Source: an uncultured Acidobacteriota bacterium
GTDB taxonomy: Bacteria > Acidobacteriota > Thermoanaerobaculia > Gp7-AA8
Direction: 5' to 3'
Length of the DNA stretch: 64,000 bases
Assembly: GCA_963822445.1 (NCBI GenBank)
Contig: CAWGHO010000002.1
Span: 256,001-320,000 of the forward strand
The number at the start of each line of letters is the position of its first letter. The stretch's first letter is position 1. Positions 18,585 through 27,858 of the stretch are shown piece by piece. Below the pieces are notes generated by a model, which searched no databases, was not told the origin of the DNA, and was given only the letters and a program-made list of their open reading frames with translations. Both the position numbers and the translations under genes were made by a program.

Positions 18585-21500
18585 CTACGTCGTTACCGCG
18601 TCAGCGATCTCCGCTTCCTCTTCCACCCGCGCCGGCCGCCGCCGCTTGAACCACTCCTGCACGTCGTCGAAGATCGAGTAGAGCACCGGCGTCGCCAGAA
18701 GGGTCAGCAGCAGCACGAGCGTCTGCCCGCCGATGATCGTCGAGCCGATGGCGCGGTTCGTCGCCGCACCGGTTCCGCTCGAGACGACCAGCGGAACCAT
18801 GCCCGCGACGAAGGCGATGGTGGTCATCAGGATGGGCCGCAGACGATCGCGGTTCGCCTCGCGGATCGCCTCCGCCCGCTCCATGCCCCGCTCGCGGAGC
18901 TGGTTGGTGTGGTCGACCTGCAGAATGGAGTTCTTCTTGACGATGCCGAAGAGCACGACGATGCCCAGCGCCGAGAAGATGTTGATCGATTCATTGAGGA
19001 TGACCATCGAGAACAGCGCGAACGGCACGGTCATCGGCAGCGACAGCAGAATCGTGATCGGGTGAACCCAGCTCTCGAACTGCGCCGCCAGGATCAGGTA
19101 CATGAAGATGATCGACAGGGCGAAGGCGAGCATGAAGTTCATACCCATCTCCTGCTGCTCCTTCGCGCGGCCGGTGAAGCCGTACGAGAAACCCTTGGGC
19201 ATGTTCAGCTTCGCGGCGTTCTCCTCCAGCAGTTTCATGACCGTGGCGCGATGAGTGGCCGGGCTGCATGTTGGCGAGGACCATGACCATGCGCCGCCGG
19301 TTGTAGCGGTTGATGACCGACGGTCCGGTGCCTTCTTCCATCTTCACGAGGTCGGCGAGCTTCACGTTCGCGCCCGTCGCCGCCGGAACCTCGATCTGGG
19401 AGATGCCGGCGACGTTGCGCCGCGCCACTTCGTCGGCGCGCACGTGCACTTCGTACTCTTCGCCGCCCTCGTAGTAGCTGGTGGCCTGCTGTCCGCCGAC
19501 GAGCACGTTCAGCGTCGCGGCGAGGTCCTGCACGCGAACGCCCAGGTCGGTGGCCTTGTCGCGGTCGATGCGCACGGCCAGCTCCGGCTTGCCGACGATG
19601 AAGTTCGTGTCGACGTCGGTCGTGCCCAGCTTCGGGTCCTTGATCGCCGTGGTGAGCTCCTTCGCGTACTTGTCGAGCTGCCACGAGGTCGGGCCCGCCG
19701 ATCCAGAACATCACCTCGGCATCAGTACCGCCGCCGAACTCGTTCACTGGCGCGACCTGCGTGCGCAGGTTCAGGCGCTGGTACTGCGGAAGCACTTCCT
19801 TGCGCACGCGATCCATGAGCACGTACTGATCTTCACGCTGGGCCGCGGGGCCGAGCTTCACGAAGACGGTGCCGAGGTTGAGGGTCTGCTGCGGATCGTC
19901 GCCGATGGTCACGACCGTGTTGGTGATGCCGGGGATCTTGCGAGTCGCGGCTGGCGATCGACTCGAGGATGGTCATGGTCGTGTCCACGCTCGAGCCTTC
20001 CGGCGCGCGGACGGTGATGGCGAACTGCCCTTCGTCGTCGTACGGCAGGAAGGTCTTGTCGACGATTCCGAACAACCCCGAACGGGAAGACGATCGAAAT
20101 GAAGACGAGGAACATGAGCGTGATGATCACCCAGCGATGGGCCATCGACCAGTCGAGCAGCTTCATGTACGTCCGCTCGATGACCGCGTACAAACCCTTC
20201 TCGCGTGTGCCTTCGTGATGCAGGTCTTCGCGGCGCAGGTAGCGCGCCGCCATCATCGGCGTCAGCGTGAACGACACCAGCAGCGAGACGGCGATGGCGA
20301 AGGCCATGGTCACGCCGAACGAGTACATGAACCGTCCCACGATGCCGGCCATGAACGCGACCGGCAGGAAGACGACGATCAGCGACATCGATGTGGCCAT
20401 GACCGCGAGCCCGACTTCCTTCGTGCCCGCGACCGCCGCTTCGGCCGGCGACATGTGCTTCTCTTCCATGTGCCGGAAGATGTTCTCGAGCACGACCACG
20501 GCGTCGTCGATGACGATACCGACCGCCAGCGTCAGCGCGAGCAGCGTGATGATGTTGAGGGTGAAGCCCATGTACGACATCGCCGCGAACGTGGCGACGA
20601 GCGAGCTGGGGATCGCCACCGCGGCGATGAGCGTAGGTCGCGATTTCTTCGCGAAGTACAGGAACATCCCGATGCCGATCACGAAGGCGAGCGGAATCCC
20701 GATCGCTTTCGGCACCGGAATGGTGTGACCCCAGACCAGGGTGTAGAGGAGCAGCGTCGCGCCGACCATCAGCAGCACGGTCCAGAAGCGCGGCGAGGAG
20801 AGGAAGAGCCAGACGATGAGCGCGGCGAAGATCGAGCCGAGGATCAGATGCTCTTTGACGGCGCCGACCGCGGCCAGGACGAACTCGGACTGGTCGCGGA
20901 TGATGTCGAGCTTGTAGCCGGCCGGAATCTGCGGCGTGATCTCTTCGACGCGCTCTTTGATGCCCTCGACGACCTCGATGGCGTTCGTGCCGGACTGCTT
21001 GCGGATCTGCACGACGACCGCCGACTTGCCGCCGACCGTCGCCGCCGACTCGACCTCGGACATGCTGTCGTCGATGCGCGCCACGTCGCGGATGCGAACG
21101 GCGTACCGCCGACGTTGGCGACCGGGATGTTGCCGAACTCCTCCGGCGAGGACACGCGGCCGTAAGTGCGCAGCGTGAGATCGCGCTGCCCCTGCTCGAC
21201 TTTGCCGCCGGGGATCTGGATGTTCTGCGCCTGCAGCGCGGCCATGACCTGCGCCGCGGTGAGACCCTGCGCGGTCAGCTTGGCGTTGTCGACGATGACG
21301 TTGATCTGCCGCGGCCGCGCGCCGATGACCAGCACCTGGCCGACGCCGCTGACGGTCTCCAGACGGCGGCGGAGGTCCTTGTCGACGTATTCGGAGATGT
21401 CGCGCTGCGAGCCGGGACCGGAGACGGCGATGGTCACGACCGGAATCGCGCCGGGATCGAAGTTCTGCACGATCGGCGGCTCGGCGTCGGTCGGCAGATC

Positions 21501-21856
21501 GCCGCCGGATCGTCGAGATCTTGTCGCGCACTTCCTGTGTCGCGACGTCGCGATCCTTATCGAGATCGAACGAGATCATGACCACTGAGACGTTCTCGGA
21601 CGAGAACGAGGTCAGCTCGTTGATGCCGCTGATGGTGTTGACCGCTTCCTCGATCTTGTCGGTGAGCTCGGTCTCGATCTCCTCCGGCGCGGCGCCGGGA
21701 AGGACCGTCGTCACGATGACGAACGGGAACTCGACGTTCGGGAAAGCGATCGACGCCGAGCTTGAGGTACGAGAACGCGCCGATGACGACCAGCGACAGG
21801 ATGATGACGGTCGCGAAGACGGGACGGCGAACGCAGATTTCAGCGAGTTTTTGCAT
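18585..21856 (-). CDS. AcrB/MdtC-like RND efflux permease, broken by about 7 frameshifts (sequence error or pseudogene)
   Basis: [15 protein letters not shown] start, [26 protein letters not shown] and RLRPILMTT motifs spread over several frames. Shifts occur near 21745, 21505, 21110, 20075, 19945, 19680 and 19245. Confidence 0.88.
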
Positions 21857-21861
21857 GGGAA

Positions 21862-22761
21862 TCAGTCCAATCGCGCTTCAACACGCGCAAACAATCCCGG
21901 CCGCAACCTTCCATCACGATTCGCAAACTCCGCCTCGGCGAACATGGTCCGCGTCTTCGGATCGATCACGCCGCCCACGGTCTTGATGGTGCCGGTGAAT
22001 GCTTCATTCGGATACGGATCGACCTTCGCGCTGACGTTGTCGCCGGCTTTGATCTGGCCGAGGTAGCGCTCGGGGACCTGGAAGCGGAGGCGGATCGGCG
22101 AGAGCTGCACGACCACGAAGGCCACGCCGCCGTCGCCGAGGCGCGCGCCGATCTCGGTCCGTTTCTCGGCCACGATGCCCGTGACGGGCGAGCGCAGCGT
22201 CGAGTCGGCGATCTGCTGGCGGAGCAGGTCGGCCTGCGCGGACGCGGCCGAGTAGCCGGCCCGGGCCTGGTCGTACACGGCCTGCGAGCGATCGTACGTC
22301 GCCTGCGGAATCGAGTCCTTGCCGGCCAGTTCCTTCTTGCGCGCGAGATCGCGGGTGGCCTCATCGAGGGCCGCCTTCGCGCGCGCGATCTCCGCCTGCG
22401 CCGAGCGGAGATTGAGATTGAGGTAGTCCGATTCGAGCTGGAGCACCGGCTGCCCGCGCGTCACGCGGGAGCCTTCGTCGACGTACATGCGCGCGACGCG
22501 GCCGGGCAGCTTCGCCGACAGCTCGGAACGCACCGGCGAGACGAACTCGCCCGTCGCCGTCAGCAGATTCGGATCGGCCGCGGTCGTCGTTTCGGACGTC
22601 GTGGTCGACGCGGTTGCGACGGACTGCACATCGGCAGGAAGCGGCGGCGCTTCCGCTGACGTGGTGGCGGTCGTCGTGGTCGTATCGGCTTTCGATTCCT
22701 CGCTCGAGCAACGCACGAGGACGAAAAGGGTCAGGATCAGGATGAGAGAGCGTTTAGTCAT
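21862..22761 (-). CDS. RND efflux periplasmic adaptor (MFP), probable lipoprotein
   Basis: LVRC lipobox-like motif, [21 protein letters not shown] and LRPGLFARV. Confidence 0.92.
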   Translation of the reverse strand: MTKRSLILILTLFVLVRCSSEESKADTTTTTATTSAEAPPLPADVQSVATASTTTSETTTAADPNLLTATGEFVSPVRSELSAKLPGRVARMYVDEGSRVTRGQPVLQLESDYLNLNLRSAQAEIARAKAALDEATRDLARKKELAGKDSIPQATYDRSQAVYDQARAGYSAASAQADLLRQQIADSTLRSPVTGIVAEKRTEIGARLGDGGVAFVVVQLSPIRLRFQVPERYLGQIKAGDNVSAKVDPYPNEAFTGTIKTVGGVIDPKTRTMFAEAEFANRDGRLRPGLFARVEARLD

Positions 22762-24058
22762 CGAGTCACTCCAACTGCTTCTTTGATGGATCCCGCCGCG
22801 TACCAGACGCGGAGCTCGGCGAGATCGCGATTCAACGTTTCTTCAGCAACAGCGCGGCGGGCGTCGGCCAGCGAAGTCTCCGACGTGGCGACGTCGAGCG
22901 AGGTCGCCTCCTGCGCGCGATACAGCTCGAAGGCCTGTTCGTACTCCGCTTCCGCGGCGGCAACCTGTTCTTTCGCGAGCTGCAGGCCGACTTCGGCGGC
23001 GCGCAGATCGGCGATGGCGCGATTCACATCCTCGCGCGCGCCGAGCTTCGCTTCCTCGAGCGCGATTTCGGCCTGCTTCTCCCGCGATCTTGCACCGGCC
23101 ACGCGCGCGATCACCTCGCCCGACTGGAAGATCGGGGCGTTGAAGCGCAGCGCGCCGTACGAATAGCGATCGGCGGGGAAGGGCGTCTTCTGGTTGATCC
23201 AGCCGCCGTCGAAGGTGACGGTCGGGTACCAGAAGCCGCGCTGTTTCTTGACCTCCAACTGAGCGATGCGCACGTTGTTCTCGGCGATGTCGACGTCCGG
23301 ACGCGCCGTCGTGGCGCGCGCGATCAACGACTCCGTCGCCGGCAGCGCCGGCAATGCGTCCACCGGCGGCGTGACTTCGATCGGACCGTCGAGATCGAGA
23401 TCGATGCGCAACTGCGCCGCGGCATGCTCGCGCTGCTGCGAGGCGACCGCGGCCACGCGCTGCGCGGCCTTGATGGCCGTCTCGGCGCGGAAGACGTCCA
23501 CTTTCGTGACTTCACCGGCCTCGAAGAATGCCTGCGACTGGGCGAGGCGTTTTTCGGCGAGCTCAATGTTGCGCTTCTCCACTTCGACACGCCGATCGGC
23601 ATTGACGACCGCGAGGTAGCTCGAAGCCACCCGCAGCAGCACGCCATCCTCGGTCAACTGCGCGCCTTCGATCGCGTTCTCGATGCCGATCTTGGCCTGC
23701 GAATACGCGCGCAACTCGCGCCGTCCGGCGAAGATCGGCTGGGAGAGCACGAGCTGATACGCCCAGTCGTTGCGCGGGAGGATCGTGAATTCGTCTTCCC
23801 CTTCTCCGCCGCCGAAGGTCTGGGTCGATGCTGTTGCGGGTCAGGTTTCCCTGCAGGGTGATCCGAGGCATGACCGCGGAGAGGTAGCCCGCTCTTGTAG
23901 GCCTCGGCGTAATCGATGTCGTGACGGGCGCGCTCCACGACGTTGTTGACTTCGAGCGCGCGCTTGAGCGCTTCGTCGAACGTCAGGCGCGTCTGCGCTT
24001 CACTCGCCGCCGCGGCTAGCGCGACGATCAGAAATGCTGCAATTCGTTTCAACTTCAA
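22758..24058 (-). CDS. TolC family outer-membrane efflux protein, frameshifted near 23820-23890
   Basis: Signal peptide plus LTFDEALKRALEVN in one frame, and LSQPIFAG...YPTVTFDG...PIFQSG in another. Coupled to tetR and the MFP gene. Confidence 0.85.
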
Positions 24059-24678
24059 CTCCGTTTCCGAATGCCGTCGAGGATGAAGCCGGCGATGAGA
24101 TCGGCGTCCGTTGACTCATCGCCCGCCGAGTCCTCTGTCAAACGATCGAGGATGATTGCGGTGCTCCCTTCGATGATGAAGAGAGCGAGTTTGTAAGGGT
24201 CTGCGCGGCGGACCTCGCCGCGGTCCATTGCTTTGGTGAGAACGTCGGCCAGCTTCTCGGCGCGGCCGCGATACTGCGGCTGGCAATGCTGCTTCTGCCG
24301 CCGCTGCCGCCCCGCCGGCCCCTCGGGCATCCGCAGCGAGAGGTAGAGGCGGAAGAACTCGCGATTCGCGTTAAAGAAGGAGAACTTCGCGGCCATCACC
24401 GCGCGGATCTTCTGCTCGAAGGGGATGTCGAGATCGAGCGCTTCGTCGATGCGCGCCGTCAGCGTGTGCATCGCCGTTTCGAAGGTCTTCTCGACCAGCT
24501 CGTCGCGATCGCGGAAGTAGAGGTAGATCGTCCCCTTGGCCACGCCGGCCTCTTCGGCGATCTCCTGCATCGTCGCCGCGGCCATGCCTTTGCGGGCGAT
24601 GACGCGCATCGTGGCGTCCTGGATCGACTGGATCCGGAACTCCTGGACGACTTCTTCTTTCGATTTGGATTGCTGCAT
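24055..24678 (-). CDS. TetR/AcrR family regulator
   Basis: ATMQEIAEEAGVAKGTIYLYFRDRDEL HTH motif. Confidence 0.95.
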   Translation of the reverse strand: MQQSKSKEEVVQEFRIQSIQDATMRVIARKGMAAATMQEIAEEAGVAKGTIYLYFRDRDELVEKTFETAMHTLTARIDEALDLDIPFEQKIRAVMAAKFSFFNANREFFRLYLSLRMPEGPAGRQRRQKQHCQPQYRGRAEKLADVLTKAMDRGEVRRADPYKLALFIIEGSTAIILDRLTEDSAGDESTDADLIAGFILDGIRKRS

Positions 24679-24701
24679 GCTTGCGAACCGATGGGTTCAG
24701 G

Positions 24702-24743
24702 TCACTGAACGGACGGTCAGTCAATCAGAATTCACGGTCAGTG
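24702..24743. promoter_or_regulatory. Probable TetR operator
   Basis: ACTGAAC-GGAC-GGTCAGT imperfect palindrome plus a second ACGGTCAGT half-site upstream of tetR. Confidence 0.55.
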
Positions 24744-24767
24744 GCAAGTAAACAAGCGGTGAATTGG

Positions 24768-24853
24768 AGTGATTAGTGGTTAGTCGTTAGTCGTTAGTAG
24801 ATCCGTGGGGGCAGGGCGCCTACTAACGACTAATCACTAACGACTAACGACTA
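24768..24853. repeat. Inverted heptamer tandem array (TAGTCGT)n / (ACGACTA)n
   Basis: agtgatt-agtggtt-agtcgtt-agtcgtt-agtag ... ctact-aacgact-aatcact-aacgact-aacgact. Confidence 0.85.
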
Positions 24854-24867
24854 GAATCGCCTCTCGC

Positions 24868-27858
24868 ATGATCCAACCCGGCTCCCGACTCGGTCGTTAC
24901 GAGATCCGCGCGCTGCTCGGCGCCGGGGGGATGGGCGAGGTTTATCTCGCGCACGACGAGCAGTTGCAGCGTCCCGTCGCGCTGAAGGTTCTCGCCCGCG
25001 CGACGAAACAGGACGTCGAGCTGCGCAAGCGCCTAGAGCAGGAAGCGCGCGCGGCATCGGCGCTCAATCATCCGAACATCCTCACGGTGTACGACGTCGG
25101 CTTCGCCGGCGACGAGCAGTTCATCGCCACGGAGTTCATCGACGGCATCACCCTGCGCCAGCGCATGATCCGCGCGGAGCCGACGGTCAGCGAGGTGCTC
25201 GACGTGGCCATTCAGATCGTCTCCGCGCTCGCGGCCGCGGAAGCGGCGGGACTCGTCCATCGCGACATCAAGCCGGACAACGTGATGCTGCGCAGCGACG
25301 GCTACATCAAGCTCCTCGACTTCGGCCTGGCCCGCCCCGCGATCACCACCGAACACAACGAGAGCGATCCCTCGGTAGTGAAGGGCACCGTGTTCTACAT
25401 GTCGCCGGAGCAGCTTCGCGGACTGCTGCTCGACACGCGCAGCGACCTCTGGAGCACGGGCGTGGTGATGTACGAATTGATCAGCGGACGTCTGCCGTTC
25501 GAAGGGGTCAGCTCCGCGGTGGTGGCCAGCAACATCCTTCGCGCGGAGCCGCCGCCGCTCACGCGCCGCTTCGACGAAGCCGTGCCGCCGCGTCTCGCCT
25601 CGATCGTCTCGCGCGCACTGGTGAAGGATCGAGCGAAGCGCTATCAGTCCGCGCGGGAGATGCTCGACGATCTCCATCAGCTCCGCTCCGATCTCGTTCG
25701 CGACGCGTCCGCCATTCAGGGAACGTCGGAAGCGCGGTTGGCCACCACCGAAGATGTGACCGTCGACGCGACCGTTCCGACGAATCTTCCGGTCGCGCTC
25801 ACACCGCTCATCGGCCGCGATGTGGAGCGCGACGACGTCGTGGCCTTGCTGCGCCGCGAAGACGTCCGCCTGCTGACCCTCACCGGTCCGGGCGGTACCG
25901 GCAAAACGCGACTCAGCCTCGCCGCCGGCGCGCAACTGCTCCGCGAATACGACGACGGCGTCTGGTGGATCTCCCTCGGCGCGATCCTCGATCCGCAGCT
26001 CGTCGTTTCGGAGATTGCCAGCGTTCTCTCGGTGGCCGAAGGCGGTCTGCGTCTCCTCGATGGCGTGAAGACCGCGCTCCGCGGAAAGACCGCGCTGCTC
26101 ATCTTCGACAACTTCGAGCAGGTGCTCGACGCGGCGCCGCTCCTCGCCGAGATCCTGACCGCCTCACCGCGCGTGAAAGCGCTGGTCACGAGCCGCTCGC
26201 CGCTGCGCGTGCGCGGCGAGCGCGAATACGCCGTGCCGCCGCTCATGACGCCGCCGCTCGATCTTCCGCTCGACAGTGACGCGCTGGCTGATTTCCCATC
26301 CGTAGCGTTGTTCGTGCAGCGAGCGACCTCGGTCAACAGCGACTTCGCGATGACGCCGGAAAACATGCGTGCCATTGCCGAGATTTGCGTGCGCCTGGAC
26401 GGCCTGCCGCTGGCCATCGAGCTCGCCGCGGCGCGGAGCAAGCTCCTGCCGCCGCAGGCCATGCTCTCGCGTGTCGAGAATCGGCTGAAGTTTCTGTCCG
26501 GCGGCAGCCGCGATCTTCCGAAACGCCAGCAGACGATGCGCGCGGCGATCTCGTGGGGCTATCAGCTGCTCGACGATGAGGAGAAGGATCTCTTCGCGAC
26601 ACTGTCCGTGTTCCGCGGCGGTTTTTCCATCGAAGAGGCGGAGAGGCTGGCGGGGGACGACGTCCTCGACGGAATCTCATCGCTGGTCGACAAGGCTTTC
26701 CTCCGCCGCGACGGTGCTTCGTCCGAGGAGGCGCCGCGGTTCGCGATGCTGGAGACGATTCGCGAATACGGCATCGAATGCCTCATCGAGACCGGCCGCG
26801 AAAAAGAAGCGCGCAACGCGCACGCGCAGCTGATGGCCGGCATCGTCGAGGAGTCGGAGCTCGACGTCGAGCGGATCGCCATCGATGACGACAACTTCCG
26901 CTCCGCGATCGATTGGGCCATCTCCTCGAACGACGCGGAGCTCGGACTGCGCCTCGGCGCGGCGCTCTGGTGGTCGTGGTACGTGCGCGGCCATTACGGC
27001 GAGGGGCGGCGCTGGCTGGAGTCGATTCTCGCGCTGAAGGACGGCGAGGACGTTCCCATTCGCGCGAAGGCGTTGACCGGCGCGGGCGCACTCGCGTTCC
27101 TGCAATGCGATTACGACCGAGCCATCGACCTGCTCGATCAGAGTATCGATCTCGCCCGGCGCCATGGCGATCCGATGAGCCTCGCCCGCTCGCTGCAGTT
27201 CCGCGGCTCGATCGCGCGCGAGCGCGGCGAGTACGAGCACGCCATCGACCTGCATCTGCTGTCGCGCACGATCTGGAACGAGCTCGAGGACCGCGCCAAC
27301 GTCGGCCGCTCGGTGAACTACGTGGCCTTCGCCTCCTGGTTGAACGGCGATTTCGCGCGGACGTTCGAGCTGTGCGACGGAACGCTGCAACTGTTCCGCG
27401 ATCGGAGGGACGTCGAGGGCGTGGTGTGGTCGCTGCTGAACCTCGCCGCGGCTTCGTTGTACTCGGGCAGCACGGAGCGCGCGGAGCAGCGGTTGGAAGA
27501 GTGTCTGTCGTGGTCGCGCACCGGCGGATTCAAGGAGGGCATCGCCTGGTCGCTGAACCTCCTCGGCTACGTGCTCCGCGCGCAAGGCCATCACGACCGC
27601 GCCCTGGCCATCCTCACCGACAGCCTGGCCCTGCACTGGGAGCTCGGCGATCGCTGGCGCACGGCGAGCGTGCTCGAAGCCATCGGCGGTCTTCGCCGCG
27701 AGCCCCGCCTCCTCGGCGCCGCCGCGACGTTGCGCGAAACGCTCGGCGCACCGATTCCGCCCGCGGAACGGCATCAGGTCGACCTCGACATCGCGAACGT
27801 GGGTGTGGAGAAGTGGGAAGGGCCGATCGACGACGCGGTGACGTCAGCGTTGCGGTGA
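24868..27858 (+). CDS. Ser/Thr kinase fused to NB-ARC (STAND) ATPase and TPR repeats
   Basis: Kinase motifs GAGGMG, HRDIKPDN and DFG. Walker A GPGGTGKT, Walker B LLIFDNFE and the GLPLAIELAA motif. TPR-like C-terminus, no TM segment. Confidence 0.92.
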   Translation: MIQPGSRLGRYEIRALLGAGGMGEVYLAHDEQLQRPVALKVLARATKQDVELRKRLEQEARAASALNHPNILTVYDVGFAGDEQFIATEFIDGITLRQRMIRAEPTVSEVLDVAIQIVSALAAAEAAGLVHRDIKPDNVMLRSDGYIKLLDFGLARPAITTEHNESDPSVVKGTVFYMSPEQLRGLLLDTRSDLWSTGVVMYELISGRLPFEGVSSAVVASNILRAEPPPLTRRFDEAVPPRLASIVSRALVKDRAKRYQSAREMLDDLHQLRSDLVRDASAIQGTSEARLATTEDVTVDATVPTNLPVALTPLIGRDVERDDVVALLRREDVRLLTLTGPGGTGKTRLSLAAGAQLLREYDDGVWWISLGAILDPQLVVSEIASVLSVAEGGLRLLDGVKTALRGKTALLIFDNFEQVLDAAPLLAEILTASPRVKALVTSRSPLRVRGEREYAVPPLMTPPLDLPLDSDALADFPSVALFVQRATSVNSDFAMTPENMRAIAEICVRLDGLPLAIELAAARSKLLPPQAMLSRVENRLKFLSGGSRDLPKRQQTMRAAISWGYQLLDDEEKDLFATLSVFRGGFSIEEAERLAGDDVLDGISSLVDKAFLRRDGASSEEAPRFAMLETIREYGIECLIETGREKEARNAHAQLMAGIVEESELDVERIAIDDDNFRSAIDWAISSNDAELGLRLGAALWWSWYVRGHYGEGRRWLESILALKDGEDVPIRAKALTGAGALAFLQCDYDRAIDLLDQSIDLARRHGDPMSLARSLQFRGSIARERGEYEHAIDLHLLSRTIWNELEDRANVGRSVNYVAFASWLNGDFARTFELCDGTLQLFRDRRDVEGVVWSLLNLAAASLYSGSTERAEQRLEECLSWSRTGGFKEGIAWSLNLLGYVLRAQGHHDRALAILTDSLALHWELGDRWRTASVLEAIGGLRREPRLLGAAATLRETLGAPIPPAERHQVDLDIANVGVEKWEGPIDDAVTSALR

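Noticed and set aside
13252-24853. Heptamer arrays and REP pairs as CRISPR arrays
   Set aside because: They are short tandem or inverted units without unique spacers, and no cas genes are present.
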